The notes under the pieces are model-generated. The model was not told the DNA's origin and did no database searches. It worked only from the letters and a program-made list of their open reading frames with translations. The position numbers and the translations under genes are program-made. 64,000 bases of DNA, from positions 80,912,001 through 80,976,000 of the forward strand of contig OZ076409.1 in NCBI GenBank assembly GCA_964187785.1. The letters run 5' to 3'. This DNA comes from Amphiscolops sp. MND2022. Its lineage: Eukaryota. Positions 37,321 to 50,505 of this stretch are shown here, in pieces; the first letter of the stretch is position 1; each line of letters opens with the position of its first letter.

Positions 37321-37520
37321 NNNNNNNNNNNNNNNNNNNNNNNNNNNNNNNNNNNNNNNNNNNNNNNNNNNNNNNNNNNNNNNNNNNNNNNNNNNNNNNN
37401 NNNNNNNNNNNNNNNNNNNNNNNNNNNNNNNNNNNNNNNNNNNNNNNNNNNNNNNNNNNNNNNNNNNNNNNNNNNNNNNNNNNNNNNNNNNNNNNNNNNN
37501 NNNNNNNNNNNNNNNNNNNN
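37321..37520. other. Assembly gap (200 N)
   Basis: Run of N. Confidence 1.
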
Positions 37521-37930
37521 GGATGGAGCATTAATTAGCAACGTACATAAAATATATGATGATACCGAATCAATTCAAGAAAAAAAGTACTTGATTTTGA
37601 ACGCATCTAAAGCCTCTTACATGAAATACAAAACTATTCGGAACCAGAAGGGTCCCCGTTTTGGGTGGGCAGAAATAGGTCGAAGGAACGGGATCGAAAA
37701 TCAGAGTTAGTCCTCAGGTCAACATACCAAATTTTTGAATGGGATCGAAACAACTGGGATCGAAATCATTAAATAGATTTTTCAGGAGTATGCTTTCGAG
37801 GGGTAGCAGTTGATACCCCCGTCCAATCTCCCTCTCCAACGATTATCCTGGTTTATTCTGTTCGACTACACGTATCGTGAGTCGTTTTGGAATTTGATTT
37901 GTTGGAAAATACTGTCAGCTTTCAATAGTG

Positions 37931-38788
37931 ATGAAATACCCTTGTGGGAAGTGCAAGAAAGAACGTCGCAAAAACTGTGTGCAATGCGACACCTGCAATG
38001 TATGGTTTCACCAGCAATGCACGTCTATCCCGCCTAGTGTAATGGCCCATCTGGGAGAAGTCAAAGGCCTTTTCTGGAAATGCGATGAATGCCTCGAAGC
38101 CAATCCGATTGACTGCCTAAAGACTTCAATCGATAAAGAGCTTCAAGCACTGAAAATTTCAGTTGAAGAAATGAAACACTCCATATCTGTGGCAAGTCAA
38201 GCCCCAAAACCGGAACCGAAATCCTTTGCTGAGGCAGTCTCCAGTAGTCTGGAAAACTTGCCAACAGTTAAAAAGATCAAAAGCAAAGATGAATATGGAA
38301 AAGAAATCCGAATATCGGGAATACCTGAACTTATGAAACCTAAAAGCAGTGACATTGACCTCAAGCAAAATGAAAGGCCCAGCAAGTCTGATATATTTGC
38401 ACACGATGAAAAATATACCCAAGAAACGCTTGGGCACATCGGACTAACAAGCCGAGATGAAATAGCCTCGGTCAATAAGTTAGGAAAATATGATCCAAAA
38501 TCGAAACATCCTCGAAGCATCCTCGTGAAGCTCAAAAATGAGTATCTTGCTGAAAAAGTTTTAGCACATGCAGCATCCCTAAAATCTTTCGAAGGAAAAT
38601 ATGAAGGCAACAAGTTCACAGTATACATATCCAGGTCACTCACTCCTCAGGAGCGAAACACGGAAAACGCAATTCTTAAGAAACTTCGCGAAATGATATC
38701 GAATGGCTGTGATCCCAGTCATCTTCGAATAAAGAACCTGGAATTATATCAAGATGGCAAAAAAGTTGACATACCAATTTCGGTATGA
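37931..38788 (+). CDS. LINE ORF1 with N-terminal PHD finger
   Basis: CGKC...CVQCDTCNVWFHQQC...WKCDEC; coiled coil; IRISGIPE, RSILVKL and YISRSLTPQER motifs typical of CR1/L2 ORF1. Confidence 0.85.
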   Translation: MKYPCGKCKKERRKNCVQCDTCNVWFHQQCTSIPPSVMAHLGEVKGLFWKCDECLEANPIDCLKTSIDKELQALKISVEEMKHSISVASQAPKPEPKSFAEAVSSSLENLPTVKKIKSKDEYGKEIRISGIPELMKPKSSDIDLKQNERPSKSDIFAHDEKYTQETLGHIGLTSRDEIASVNKLGKYDPKSKHPRSILVKLKNEYLAEKVLAHAASLKSFEGKYEGNKFTVYISRSLTPQERNTENAILKKLREMISNGCDPSHLRIKNLELYQDGKKVDIPISV

Positions 38789-41700
38789 ATCGAAACTAAA
38801 AAACCTGTGTACCTGTTTTATTTCAACATCAGAAGTCTAATTAACTTTGACAGGCGAATGGAGTTTGCAAATTTTCTGGCCATCAAAAGGCATGACATTG
38901 TTTGTGTAAGCAAAACTTGGCTAATTGATTCAATAAAAAATGAATAGTTATTCATTGATGAATCCAACATTTTTCGATCCAACAGAGATCCAAACACGCA
39001 AGGAACAACAACACATGGTGGAACGATGATATGCGTGAAATCCAAATACCAGTCGAAGGAGATCAAAATTGAAACTCTTCCGCTCGGATGCTGCTGTGCA
39101 TGTGAATGCACTGTAGGTATCAAATCCATCTTGATTATTTGCGTTTACCTTCCACCTGATGACAGTGATTATGTATTATCCAATTCAGAATTCCAGCATC
39201 TGTTATTCATCATAGAAACTTTCAAGAAAAAGTATGACTCGGCTATCATCTGTGGTGACTTCAATTCTTCTATTAACTGGGAGGAAGGGTCATCTAACAA
39301 AGATATTGAAACTAAGCTTATCGATACAGCGGACAAATTGAATTTATTCCAAATAATAGATTTCAAAACTGCCGCATCCGGATTTCTGGATCTCATATTT
39401 TTATCCGATGACATTGACCTCATAAATGTAGGAATAGTGAACGAAACAGTGAACAAAATGTCAAACCACTATCCCGTGACTGCCAAAATTGATTTTCTCA
39501 ATTCATCCCAAGGACGGCCTACGTCTCGAACCAAAAAACACCTCAGCTATTGTAAAGGAGACTATCAACTTCTCAACAATTTGATTGCCCAAAAACTTTT
39601 CAAAGGTATATGCTGGTCGAATACCTCAGTCTTATCAACGCAATGGCTTCAATGGCTTGAGGAGCTTATCCAGATTTCTGTCCCGAAAAGGACAGCTCAC
39701 AGATCTCAGTTGGCTCCGTGGATCACTTCAAGTACTTCACACATGCTGAAAAAGATGAACACTGAGAGGAAGAAATGCGATTTTCATCAAAAGTTAAGTT
39801 CGAAACTAAAAATGCTTGAGCAAACATGTGCTACTTTGGTGGAGAATGATAAAGCAAACTATCAAAATATACTTGCATCAACCCGAAAAACGGAACTGCT
39901 GTTCAAACTCTACTGTAGCTTCTCCAAATTGCGTCTCCCCTCTACAATTCTTTTTGAACAACAGTCTGCCACTACAGATGATTCTAAGGCAAATTTATTT
40001 GCCAATTTTTTCCAATCTGTATACATACAATCAACAACTTTCGACGAGTCTTCAGTCCCAGATTTCTCGGTGTTACCAGTTATTAATAACTTGGATTTCT
40101 CTACTGACCGCATTGTTATCATTTGCCTTAACCTAGACGAAAAGAAATCACGAGGACCTGATAACCTGCCACCAATTGTCTTCAAGAAAACAGCGGCAAC
40201 CATTTCACATTCCCTGAATCAGCTGTTATCCAAAATACTTCAAACTGCTCAATACCCTTGCCATTGGAAAACAGCGCATATTAGCCCCATATTCAAGAAA
40301 GGTAATAAAGAAGATGTGTCCAATTACCGTCCAGTGTCACTTTTACATGTAGTGTCGAAAATTTTCGACAAATGTGTTTTTATGGACCTATATGAGCACT
40401 ATAGATCTTGATTCCATAACTCACAATATGGATTCCGGAAACAAAGATCAATGACAATACAACTGCTGAAATACTTGGACATCGTATACCAATCGCTAGA
40501 TGAGAACAAAGAAGTAACAGTCGTCTACACAGATTTTGAAAAGGCCTTCGACAGGGTCGACCATGGAATACTATTGAAAAAGCTTTACTGCACTGGGATA
40601 AGAGGAAAACTCTTCAAATTAATGAAGTCGTATATCCTTGGTCGACAACAACAAGTCAGGGTAAATGACAGCCTATCTAAACCCATCAAAGCATCTAGTG
40701 GCGTGCCCCAAGGAGCAATCTTGGCGTCTATATTTTTCTTGATATACATCAATGATTTACCAGATGAATGCATATTCAGCATCCCTCTATTGGCAGCCGA
40801 CGATTCCAAACTCATAGGAATGGAATTGAACAGCAACGATTTTCAAGCAGATATGAACAATATATACAATTGGAGTGAGGTAAACTGTCAGCCTTTTAAT
40901 GTCAAGAAATGTGCAGCAATAACATTTGGGAGAAGCACGTACAATCATAATCTCATGTTTAATGGTGATACAATTCCAACAGCAAACCAACAAAAGTACC
41001 TTGGAATGCTTATCACGGAGAACTTAAATTGGAATGGGCACATAACTACCGCAGTTGGAAAGGCTCGGAAAGTATACCAAATGGTTCGACGAAACTCGCC
41101 AATGCTCACCACCATAGCGAAGCTGAATTTATACAAAAGTATGATGTTGCCTATTTTACTCTATGGTTCCCTTTGTTTGGCTGCAAATGTCACCCAAGCA
41201 CGAAAACTTGAGCATTTCCAGACATCAGTTGTCAAATGGATTCTTCCTGAAGAAAACTACCGCTCAGCACTCATAGTGCTCAATATTTTACCACTTCATC
41301 TATATTTGCAAATTACAGACATTCTCCTATTACACAAAATCGTTATTGGGTACTACGACTGTGACTTATCAGAGCACTACACAATCAATCCCAACCTGTC
41401 AATGGCACGGAATACCAGTAATATTTTCAAGTTACATTTACCAAGACTCGAGCAATGCCGGCAAAATTTTTGGTTTCGAACAGCTCGTCTTGTCAATCTT
41501 ATGCCACCCGAAATACAGTTCCTGAAGACAGACGGCCTGAAGCAAAGGTTGTTGAAATACAGCTGGAATTACTTTCAACGGGGATTGCATGAAATGGGTC
41601 GAATGAAATAGGTCGAAAAGAATTAGGTCGACCCTTTTGGTCGAATAACTTAGGTCGAATTGACTGAGGTCGAATTGGGTCGAATGGACTTGGGTCGAAA

Positions 41701-41928
41701 TCAATATGTTGTCTCCCTTGAACTTGGCATTTTTCAAGGTCGACCCAATTCCGAAACGGTGAAGATTCGACCCATGGCACCGGAGGCCGATTCGACCCAT
41801 TTCTCTCGACCCATTTCCGTTCACCCTTTCAACAGTACTTCAACTCTGAATCGCCATGTACTTGGAAACTCTTCTGTGACTGTACACTGAATAACTGTAG
41901 AAATAAGTTAACTCATATCTCATTTTAA
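38785..41928 (+). pseudogene. LINE ORF2 endonuclease-reverse transcriptase, with premature stops and MITE insertion
   Basis: FNIRS, HGGT, GDFN, NYRPVSLL, DFEKAFD, GVPQG, ADDSK; stops at ~38946 and 40409; C-terminal PCTWKLFCDC..C restored on removing 41580-41825. Confidence 0.9.
41580..41825. mobile_element. Short MITE D in LINE ORF2
   Basis: Inverted gaaatgggtcga ends, internal ggtcgaa repeats, 8-bp TSD ctttcaac (41572-41579, 41826-41833). Confidence 0.8.
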
Positions 41929-42309
41929 TTTTTATATCTAGGGGCAAATACTCATCCCTTGCATTGATGCTAAATCCATAATAATAATAATAATGTAGTC
42001 AGATATGTTCACATACCCCTAGTGCCCTGAATGCAGGAGCGAAGCGAAGCGGAGCGACGTGCCATATGGCCATGCCTCAATGTTGCTACTTGGCGAAGGG
42101 AGCGAAGCGACCGAGCCATACAACAAATACGATAAAATTCGACCGCATTCCATTCGATCCCTGCAATTCGATCAAAAGGTTCGACCTCTGTCCTTTCGAC
42201 CAGAAAAATTGACCTATTTACAGCCACCCCCCCCTTTTTACTCTTTTGGCTCTGAGACTTTAAAAAATTTGTTCGTCTGATATTAGGTTTCTCAATAAGA
42301 ATCCAGCAA

Positions 42310-42620
42310 TAAGTTTTTCAATACTATCTTAATTTTCGACGTAATATCTAAAGAAGCGCTCTATTCGAATTTTACGTTAAATCCGAACTATAGTTCGTTT
42401 TACTCCGGAGGTTCGAAATCGAGCGCTCCTATTTGTCCCATCGCGCTATATCCCTACTTTGGACGATATACCCGAAGTAATTTGCGTTTTACTCAGGAGT
42501 AAGCGTAGAATGAAAAAAAGCGCTCGCATTTGTCTTAGCACGCTATATTCGAACTTCTGAAGCGCCGACTTTAGACCTTTTGCGTAACGGTAATATTTCC
42601 ACTAATGACCAGTATGATAT
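42310..42620. repeat. Diverged interspersed repeat, related in inverted orientation to 46210-46650
   Basis: Shared motifs ggaggttcgaaa, agcgctcc(c/t)attt, (a/t)atccgaa. Confidence 0.5.
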
Positions 42621-42743
42621 TATTCATCTTCCGTATGAACGTTCCTTGACATGAAAAGTTAATATAGCTTCTTCAATTCAATAAATTCAATATCATATCG
42701 GTTTTTCAGAAGTGATTGACTTGTCGCCTTCAAGGCTTCACTG

Positions 42744-43757
42744 ATGGCAGCTTTCCAACCGACAACCGTATCTGTGGCGCCTAATAATTACCTGCCAACA
42801 GATAATGGTCGACCAGATAAAACGAAGCTAACTCTCGATTTCAATCAAACGCCGAAAAAGAATGATGCCCACAATAACCCGTGCTTCTTGGATTCCCCAG
42901 ACATGCAGATGCTTAAAGTTGACTCTCCTGAGTTGGAGAAAATGATTCTGGACAACTTCACTGGAGACACTTCAACCCCGACACCAACGCAGTTTGTTAA
43001 CCCAAAGAACATAATTCGAGGCGACCCTCAGACGTTTCCAACACCCCCTCCTGCCCTATCAGTACCGGTGAACATATATTCGAACATATCTACACCGATT
43101 GATGACTCTCGCTCGAAACTACAGGGTACAGTTGGTACAACCAACAGTCAGCGGCCCCACGCAATCGTCGCTCCTGTTCAATACACAGTATCATCAATGA
43201 ATGTTTCTCAGAAACCCGAAAACACGGCCACCTTCGTTGTTACAAAAATACCTTCTTCCACATCTCAACGACTCACCGTCAACAAAGCTTGTCTTCTTCA
43301 GCCAACATCAACTATTTCTATTGCCATTCCGCCGTCAACAACTCAGAACAACATGTACAGAAACAACGGCTATTACACGCCCAATTGTCTTTCCGAAGAG
43401 TCACTCCGCATCAAAACTGAACCGTCTTCCATTTCTTCCTTCTCAGACTCAGCTCCAAGCTCTTCGACCACGCAAGAGCCAGTTCAGATGCTTACAAACC
43501 CGGTTCTGCAGGAACAGATCAAACAAGAGAGGAAGCGGTTGCGAAACAGAATTGCAGCTACCAAATGTCGCAAACGCAAGTTGGAGAAAATTTCGACATT
43601 AGAGGACCAAGTGAATGATTTGAAACAAAGCAATAGCGATCTGAATCAAAGAAAAATGCAGCTCCGAGATCAAATTGCAATTCTCAAACAGAAAATGTTG
43701 GCTCATTTGAAGAGCGGCTGTCAAGTCCACGTCGCTCCAAATGTTCAATCGATGTGA
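42744..43757 (+). CDS. jun: Jun-family (AP-1) bZIP transcription factor, 337 aa
   Basis: Delta-like LTLDF, JNK-site motifs [17 protein letters not shown] and TPTPTQF, basic region [22 protein letters not shown], leucine zipper ending HLKSGC. Single intact coding exon. Confidence 0.97.
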   Translation: MAAFQPTTVSVAPNNYLPTDNGRPDKTKLTLDFNQTPKKNDAHNNPCFLDSPDMQMLKVDSPELEKMILDNFTGDTSTPTPTQFVNPKNIIRGDPQTFPTPPPALSVPVNIYSNISTPIDDSRSKLQGTVGTTNSQRPHAIVAPVQYTVSSMNVSQKPENTATFVVTKIPSSTSQRLTVNKACLLQPTSTISIAIPPSTTQNNMYRNNGYYTPNCLSEESLRIKTEPSSISSFSDSAPSSSTTQEPVQMLTNPVLQEQIKQERKRLRNRIAATKCRKRKLEKISTLEDQVNDLKQSNSDLNQRKMQLRDQIAILKQKMLAHLKSGCQVHVAPNVQSM

Positions 43758-44610
43758 AGGAACTTGTAAGCGAACTGTATTAATAAACTTGAAAAACATT
43801 CCTGATTTGTCTACCGCACCATTGATGATGTTAACGATGTTAATGATTGATACAATTTTACTTTTCTGCTTAAAATATATTCTATCATTTTAGGACTTAG
43901 TTTACACGCTTTTTCTAAGCATTGCTTTTCATTCATGCTTGGGCGTATTTTTGAAATTTGGCCAACTTCTTACCAGAAATTTTGTGCAGTTCTTAATATT
44001 ATTTGTAGTGAGATATTCAAGTATGTAGAGTTTTATTAGATATTTTTTCATAAAATCTTTCACTCTTAGTGTTTTTTCTGATGTGCAGCGTTAGTGTAGG
44101 TCACCTAAAGATTGATCGTAGTTCGAATTGTATTTTAATGCTGTAAAAACATGATTCTCGGTGGACAACTTTATTTTTCTTGCCCTTTGTGATAAATAGG
44201 AATTAAATTTTCTCGGAAAATGGGGAAGGCTAGAGTTCACTGAAAGCTTTCTATGGGATGTTGACGTCAGATGAAAAAGGATGGTTTCAATAACACGATG
44301 TTAATTTTATGCGGTGGTGGTGAATATGATCATCTGAAGGAAAGAGTTGATTCAAATGCCTCTTTTCACTCGAACGTCAGCTTTTGATATCTGAATTAAA
44401 ATCGGTTTCTTCAATCAGCTTTCTTCGAGAGAAGTTTGACTAACATAATCCAATATAAGTCCAATAATTTAGACATCAGTGAAAATATTTGATACCCGTG
44501 GCTCTTCATCCCTGAAAAATTCAAAATGTTTTGCGTAAGCTGGAATAAAGTACTGTGAGCAATTGTCCCTCTATTCTCATCAACATTCTATGTATTTTGC
44601 AGATTGTCTA

Positions 44611-45279
44611 CAGTGGTGTGAAGAAAGAGCGACTTAGTTGCTCAGAATGCAAAGAATTCTCTAATCTGATTGGTCCACAAAGCCTCGCTGCTCAAATCTT
44701 TGGTTTAACGAGCCTCGATTGCTCACAAAAATTAGAATTTTCAATATTTTTCTGTCTTTCGGGGATAATTTTTACATGGAAATTATACCAAAAAATTTCT
44801 CTGATTTTTCTCAATCCCATGATAGTTTTTGTCTGTGGAAATCACCAAGAAAACAAAAACGGGAGCACTTTTTCGTTCAGTAAAATTGGAAATACATGTA
44901 TTAAGATAGGAATTTCCGACCTTCACTTGGTAAAACTCCCACCAATATACATTTTCCAAATATATCCAAAATCAAATTTCATCTTCATTTTCGAGAGATT
45001 TGAGTGTATATGCAAGGCAAAATTTGTCAAAAAATATTTATTGGATCACTGATATTTTCTCAAAAATTAGCAATTTTAAATATTTTCCTCCCAAAATCAC
45101 ATGTTTCTAACTTCGGAAACAATGATGGTTGAATTTTCAAACAAAAATTATTGTATTCATAGCAAAAATTCAAGAAACTTTTGTTTTTACCAAATCAAAC
45201 CATGCTGAATAGTTTTGGAGATATGAGACTGCAAAATTAGCCTTTTTGAGCAACTGAGTCGCATTCTTTCACACCTCTG
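44611..45279. mobile_element. Tc1/mariner-type MITE
   Basis: TA on both sides; imperfect ~34-bp TIR cag(t/a)ggtgtgaa...gcgact(t/c)agttgctca. Confidence 0.8.
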
Positions 45280-45530
45280 TAGAATCCAGTGTTATATGGA
45301 TCCTAAATAGATAATTAATCGCACTTTTCACTGCGAAAACTTGATTTCATGTCTTAATACTTCTAAATTGAGGAAATTTTTAAAATGGTTGATCATTTCT
45401 GAAAACAAATTTTATCCATGGCTTCGATAGATTTGGAAGAGTTAATGAAGTATAAAACTTGCCAAAAAAACTGCAGGTAAAACAGTCAAAAACCCCAATC
45501 AGCTAATTGTAATTTCAGTTTTTGTCACAG

Positions 45531-46010
45531 ACAAGCCAGGAACGGCCCGCTCATGGTTCAAACAGAGTAATTTGCAATAACCATGCTATATGACTCTTGT
45601 GAAATTTTAAATCAAACAGTGCCAAAAAAATACCTGAAGGGATACCCATAAGACTTGAAAACTGCACTTTCCCTAACTCGAAACATCAAAAAAACTGTTT
45701 TTCAAGGATATTTTTCCGGAAAAGTTTCAGTGCCGAAAAGGGTGCCAAAACAATTTTTCCAAGCCAAAAACTTTTAAAAGTGAAAGGGGTACCATGTACC
45801 ATTTTATCGAAGAAATTGTTTCAAAAAAGTCGCACTGTAGTACCCAAAAAACCACATGTCTTCTCTACAATAATTGAGAAAACTCTCACCAGTCTCACAG
45901 AACTAAAAAATATTCAGAGCTTACCCTTAAAACTGGGAAACGGTTTTGCTCAACCGAAAACCTCTCAGTCGATTTTTTCGGACAACTTTTAAAAAAATGG
46001 AAAGTCGCAT
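45531..46010. repeat. Diverged relative of the HINE-like element at 3035-3427
   Basis: Starts acaagccaggaacggccc (cf. acaagccgggaacggccc) and shares agtgccgaaaa/aagtcgca motifs. Right end unclear. Confidence 0.5.
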
Positions 46011-46209
46011 TGTTCAGAGAGAATCTAGAAAACTTCTCGAAAAAAACAACTCTCCAAAAACAGCTGGTTGAAAATACTAGGCAGAAAAGTCGTCGAAAAG
46101 CATCTCGCGGAAATTTCTCTGACTGAATACTCGTCGCAAGTACACAAAATCATCTCAAATATAGTGCTAACTTTGTGATCGTACTGTTTTATAAAGATGT
46201 AAATTATAT

Positions 46210-46650
46210 ATCTAAGTTGGGATATAGTTCATTATTCTCGGTAAAGGGCAATTTACTTCGCATTTAACGTTAAATTATCGTATTTAACGTGATGGGCCGA
46301 ATGGGAGTGCTTTATTTCTAACCTCCTCCTCCTCCTTAGTAAAACGCTATATAGTTCGGATATAACGTCAAAGGTTCGGATGTTCCACAATATTTTCGAA
46401 CCTCTATCTCTTCTTTTGCGATACACAATTTACTTTGGATACAACGTCAAAAGTTCGGATATTGCGTGCTGGGCCAAATGGGAGCGCTATTTTCGAACAT
46501 CCGCCTCCTCACTTCGGATATAACGCAATTCAGTTCGGATACAACATGAAAAATTCTGATAAAGCGCAATAATTTCGAACCTCCGCCTCCTTCAAGTAAA
46601 ACTTCACTTCGGATATAACGTTAATATATATCAAACGTTCGGAGAGTATA
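46210..46650. repeat. Interspersed repeat with internal subrepeats (ttcggatataacg, ttcgaacctc)
   Basis: Multiple internal short direct repeats; related to 42310-42620. Confidence 0.55.
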
Positions 46651-48974
46651 GAAGCTTGAAGTAAGGCGTATCAGTCAGTTCGTTGGTCTTCGAAAAGCGC
46701 CGACGAAAAATTATGTAACCTAAATGAATAAAACAATGATATTTTTTGATGTTTTTGAAAAATTACCAGCTGAAAATCTCCTGGTCTGTGATTTCTCATC
46801 TCAATCACCCATACCAATGTTGAAGTTTTGTATATTTTTTGTTGTATAAACAAAAAATATAGTTTACATAACATACATTACAATAAGTCGCTGTTTCCGA
46901 ACATTTGACATCACATTCGTGGAAGTAAGGATGAGATGGGCTTTGACTTCACAACAAGGGTGGAACTTGTACAGTTTGGAATTTAATTCTACCGCTGTCT
47001 GTTACAACCCATAAAGAGAAAATTGCGCGTCATCCTAAAACTATTGTTCTTCGCAACCTACATTGGATCTTGCGAAGACGAAAGTAAGATTTTTTCATAA
47101 GTGTATGAACTAGTTTTAGTTCAGTAGGGACATTTATAGGTTCAAAATAACCCGTTACAGTTTTTAGCAATTAAATAAGGTCTGAAGGTGTCTATTTCTA
47201 GCTTGTGTTTTTTTGTAATTAAAAGTGCCCGACTCTTACAGTGCCGTGCCAACTTTCTTTTGGTCAGACCTCACAGGATTGGAACTTTTTACAGACTTCA
47301 CGCTTAACTTCTAAGGGGTGCCCCAAGAGGTCAAAGGCTACTCTTTTCGAGTATTTTGTAGTTTTACTGTATCCTCGAAACTATGTGGGACCAAAAGGTC
47401 ATCCCTTAGGTTTTTTCGGCACATTTGAAAGAGACTGAGCTTTTTGAGACTTAAGCGACTAATTTCTCACGTTTTAGCAGAATATACGAAAAATATCGCA
47501 ATACCACTGCGCCTCTATTATTATTCTACGTGGGAACAGCATCTTTTTTACGACTTATGGAGTTTTCGAACTATTTTCATACCAAGTTCTCTCAATACGT
47601 TATTATTTATGTTGCTTTTCTTTACTTCATTCACAAGAGTTAACTTTCAAGCGAATGTGTTTGAAACCTCTGATTAAAAGTGAAGTCATTTTAATAATAA
47701 CCTTATCGAGGAGCTAAGTTCGGTGACTCTGATGTCAAAAAGTGGTTTTAGAACAAACGTTAAATTCATATTTTACTTGATGTACCTTCAAATCAAATGT
47801 TTTAAACTTTTCTTTCGTTCCGTATAATTTCACATTGTAATTGTGGTTTCGTCTGCCTGCAAAAGCCTATCCCCGTAGAAGTGAACTGATACCATCTCAA
47901 ACGCAACTAGGGGTGCTGAAACAAAAAAACTAATAACTAATTGTATAATCGTTAACTGTGATAAGACAAATATATATAAATTGTACTTTGCAATTTCAGA
48001 ACTACAGTTGAATTTAATTTCTTTCGAGTTTTGATGAATAGCTGTAACAACTCAAAGTTATGGAACACAGACACATAACACATCTTGCATGCATAAAAAT
48101 TTATTTTTGTTTTCATATGAACTTCTCGAATAATTATGTTTTGCAAAAAAATCAAAAATTCTCCACAACAACTAATTCGTGAGAAATATTTTTTTCTCTA
48201 AAAACGAATGTAAATCAGAAAACATGACTTGATTTTGAGGGAATATATAGCTTGCTAAATTCAGTCCTTCACATGCAACCATATGACCTAGTGATGAAAT
48301 TCCAAGGTTATTTCACGCTGGTCATTATACTTGTCAATTCAGCGTGAAATGATTTTGGAGCGTTGAATGATCATAAAACTAGGGATATTTAGCATTCATG
48401 ATGTAAACATCGAATGAAATTTTACTGACATTTAGAAAAGCACTTTACTGGCATTTAAAATTTAAAACGACATTTATTCAAATATTGAAATTTGTGAAAC
48501 TGTATGTGATGAATTATATATTTGAGGTCATTTTCTTTTTATTTCTTGAATCGTTCATATTTTTATTAGTCAAATTCAAACAGCGTGCTAACAATATGAA
48601 CGATTTAAGGAACAAAGTAAGAATGACTGCAAATATAATATTAATCACATGCAAAAACTTACCAAAAACCAGCTAAATGTCAATAATTCAATGACTGTTG
48701 TTTCAAATGTTTTATCCAGAAGTTACAGCAGAAAAGTGTATTCTTAATAAGCAGGGGCGGACTTAAAACACGGAGTGAAATCGCGTAAAGTTCCATGTAA
48801 TTCGACTAATCAAATCGCGCCGTGATTTAGCATTAAATTACAGCTCAATAAGTAAAATAGCGTGTAAAATAACACAATTACCGCCATCGTATAACCCTTT
48901 TATCGTAAATACATACTAATTCAATCACTTATTAACCTTAACTTGACCACTCTGTCGAATTTGGCACATCTACC

Positions 48975-50505
48975 TGTCCCAGGCGTCCGCCTGTGATGGA
49001 AATCTCTATTCAATTAGTCACAACTACAAGAAGGCGCAGCCCAACACCCTCCCACTGAATTAAGTCTTACAAGCAAAACTATATTTGTTGCCTTAAAAGT
49101 CATGTAAAATCTTATATTTTATTTTATACGATTTATACTAAGTAATCACAAGTAAAATTATAGTACAGGCGCTAATAATATGTATGTGAGTTAATTGGAC
49201 ACCAAGGCGTACAGGTAAAGGAAACGCGTTCAAATGTTTCCTCGCCTGTCGCCTTGGTCCGCGAGTCCGATTAACTCGTCAGCCAATCACAGTGCAGTAT
49301 TATTTATCTTTATTTGCTGCTATACTATATCGGTAGATTAAAGGACTGGATGGCTATATGCCGCCAGTCAACAAAGCGGTAGTCCGCTCTAGTACATTGG
49401 ACACTGAGTCCACTTTTGAATTAAAAGCGCTGTATAATTATTGGTACTGACTACATGATCACTAGTGTTTTGATTATTTATGAAATGTACTATTAGCCCC
49501 TAAGGGACTCATGAACGATATTAGATATGTATTGTGGGTGCAATTCATATAATTCATGCAATAAGCGTTGCGTTGAAAAACATGTACAGTGTTCTATTTT
49601 ATATTGTTGCTTGTCCTTATGGACTCACAGGTTTCCCGCCTACTCTAGCGGTCGGAAGGCCCTTTGATGTGTATAACGTCACGATGATGCTAGTTACTAT
49701 TTATAGCGTTTGGCTATATTTAGAAAGTCCTTATGGCTATTTTTAGAATATGATCATCATTTTATTGAGTGTCATGTAGATTCAAATATATATAACCGGG
49801 ACTGGTGGTCCCGGGGACAGAATTATCCTGATGATACTTTGATACGTTACTGTTGCGTTACTGTTGCGAATTGTTTATTAAAACTACCCGTTCATTTTCA
49901 CTTTGCAAGCCCGAGATATTAATTTAAATTCTTGCCTCTTGCAATAATCTCTTATGCCTTCTACTAGACGTCAAAAGGCCAAAGCTAGGAGATCTAGAGA
50001 AATAGACATGCTGTCCGACTACGATAACCTAGACGTGATGTTGGGAAATGAAAATAATAATCCCATTGAAAGAGAACTAGCCGAAGCGATAGATCAGTCG
50101 TCGGCCCACGGGGACGCTGATACAAACGTGTACCATGAAAATGAGTTTAGAGATTACTTACATGAAAATGAACCTTTGAGGCAAAATGAAGTCAGGCAAT
50201 CCTTTGAGGCCTTTTCAAGTGAGTTTAATCTTAGATTGTCTCAAGAAATGGAATCTATGGTGTCAATAATGCATAGTCAAATAAATAGGGCTATAACACA
50301 ACAGCTATAGCTGAAAGAGTTATTCCAGAAATCCAGAATATTGCGAACTCGATGTCTTCTATGGGACACAGGGACACTGAGGCCAGTTCGTCCCCAAATA
50401 GTCAGGAGAACAGGGAAAGCGCACCCGGGCCTAAAATAAAAATTGCAAAGAAAGATTCAAGATCTGTAGGTGACTCAAGAGATACCATGGGTCATGGTTC
50501 TTACA
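48975..50505 (+). repeat. 5' LTR of Gypsy element (right end inferred)
   Basis: Starts TG at the same point as the post-PPT copy. Right end inferred from ...ttaCA followed by tggtgacaggag, resembling a tRNA-Leu PBS (TGGTGTCAGGAG). Confidence 0.75.

Larger units (their letters stand above)
37767..41994 (+). mobile_element. Near full-length CR1-clade LINE (PHD-finger ORF1, APE-RT ORF2, (TAA)n tail)
   Basis: Boundaries defined by the host MITE; ORF1 and ORF2 motifs; aataataataat tail ending at 41994. Confidence 0.92.
37663..42229 (+). mobile_element. MITE family A copy split by a LINE (halves 37663-37766 and 41995-42229)
   Basis: The two halves join into family A; 9-bp TSD ccccgtttt/ccccctttt. 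Confidence 0.88.

Noticed and set aside
37294..37710. ORFs containing X runs
   Set aside because: They span the N gap; contiguity across the gap is itself uncertain, with MITE A copies on both sides.
44262..44269. CRE/AP-1-like palindrome TGACGTCA downstream of jun (autoregulation)
   Set aside because: A single 8-mer is expected by chance in 64 kb (another lies inside BEL-2 gag near 31031); no supporting evidence.
44555..45052. 165-aa ORF
   Set aside because: Lies almost entirely within an AT-rich MITE; no transposase or other motif.
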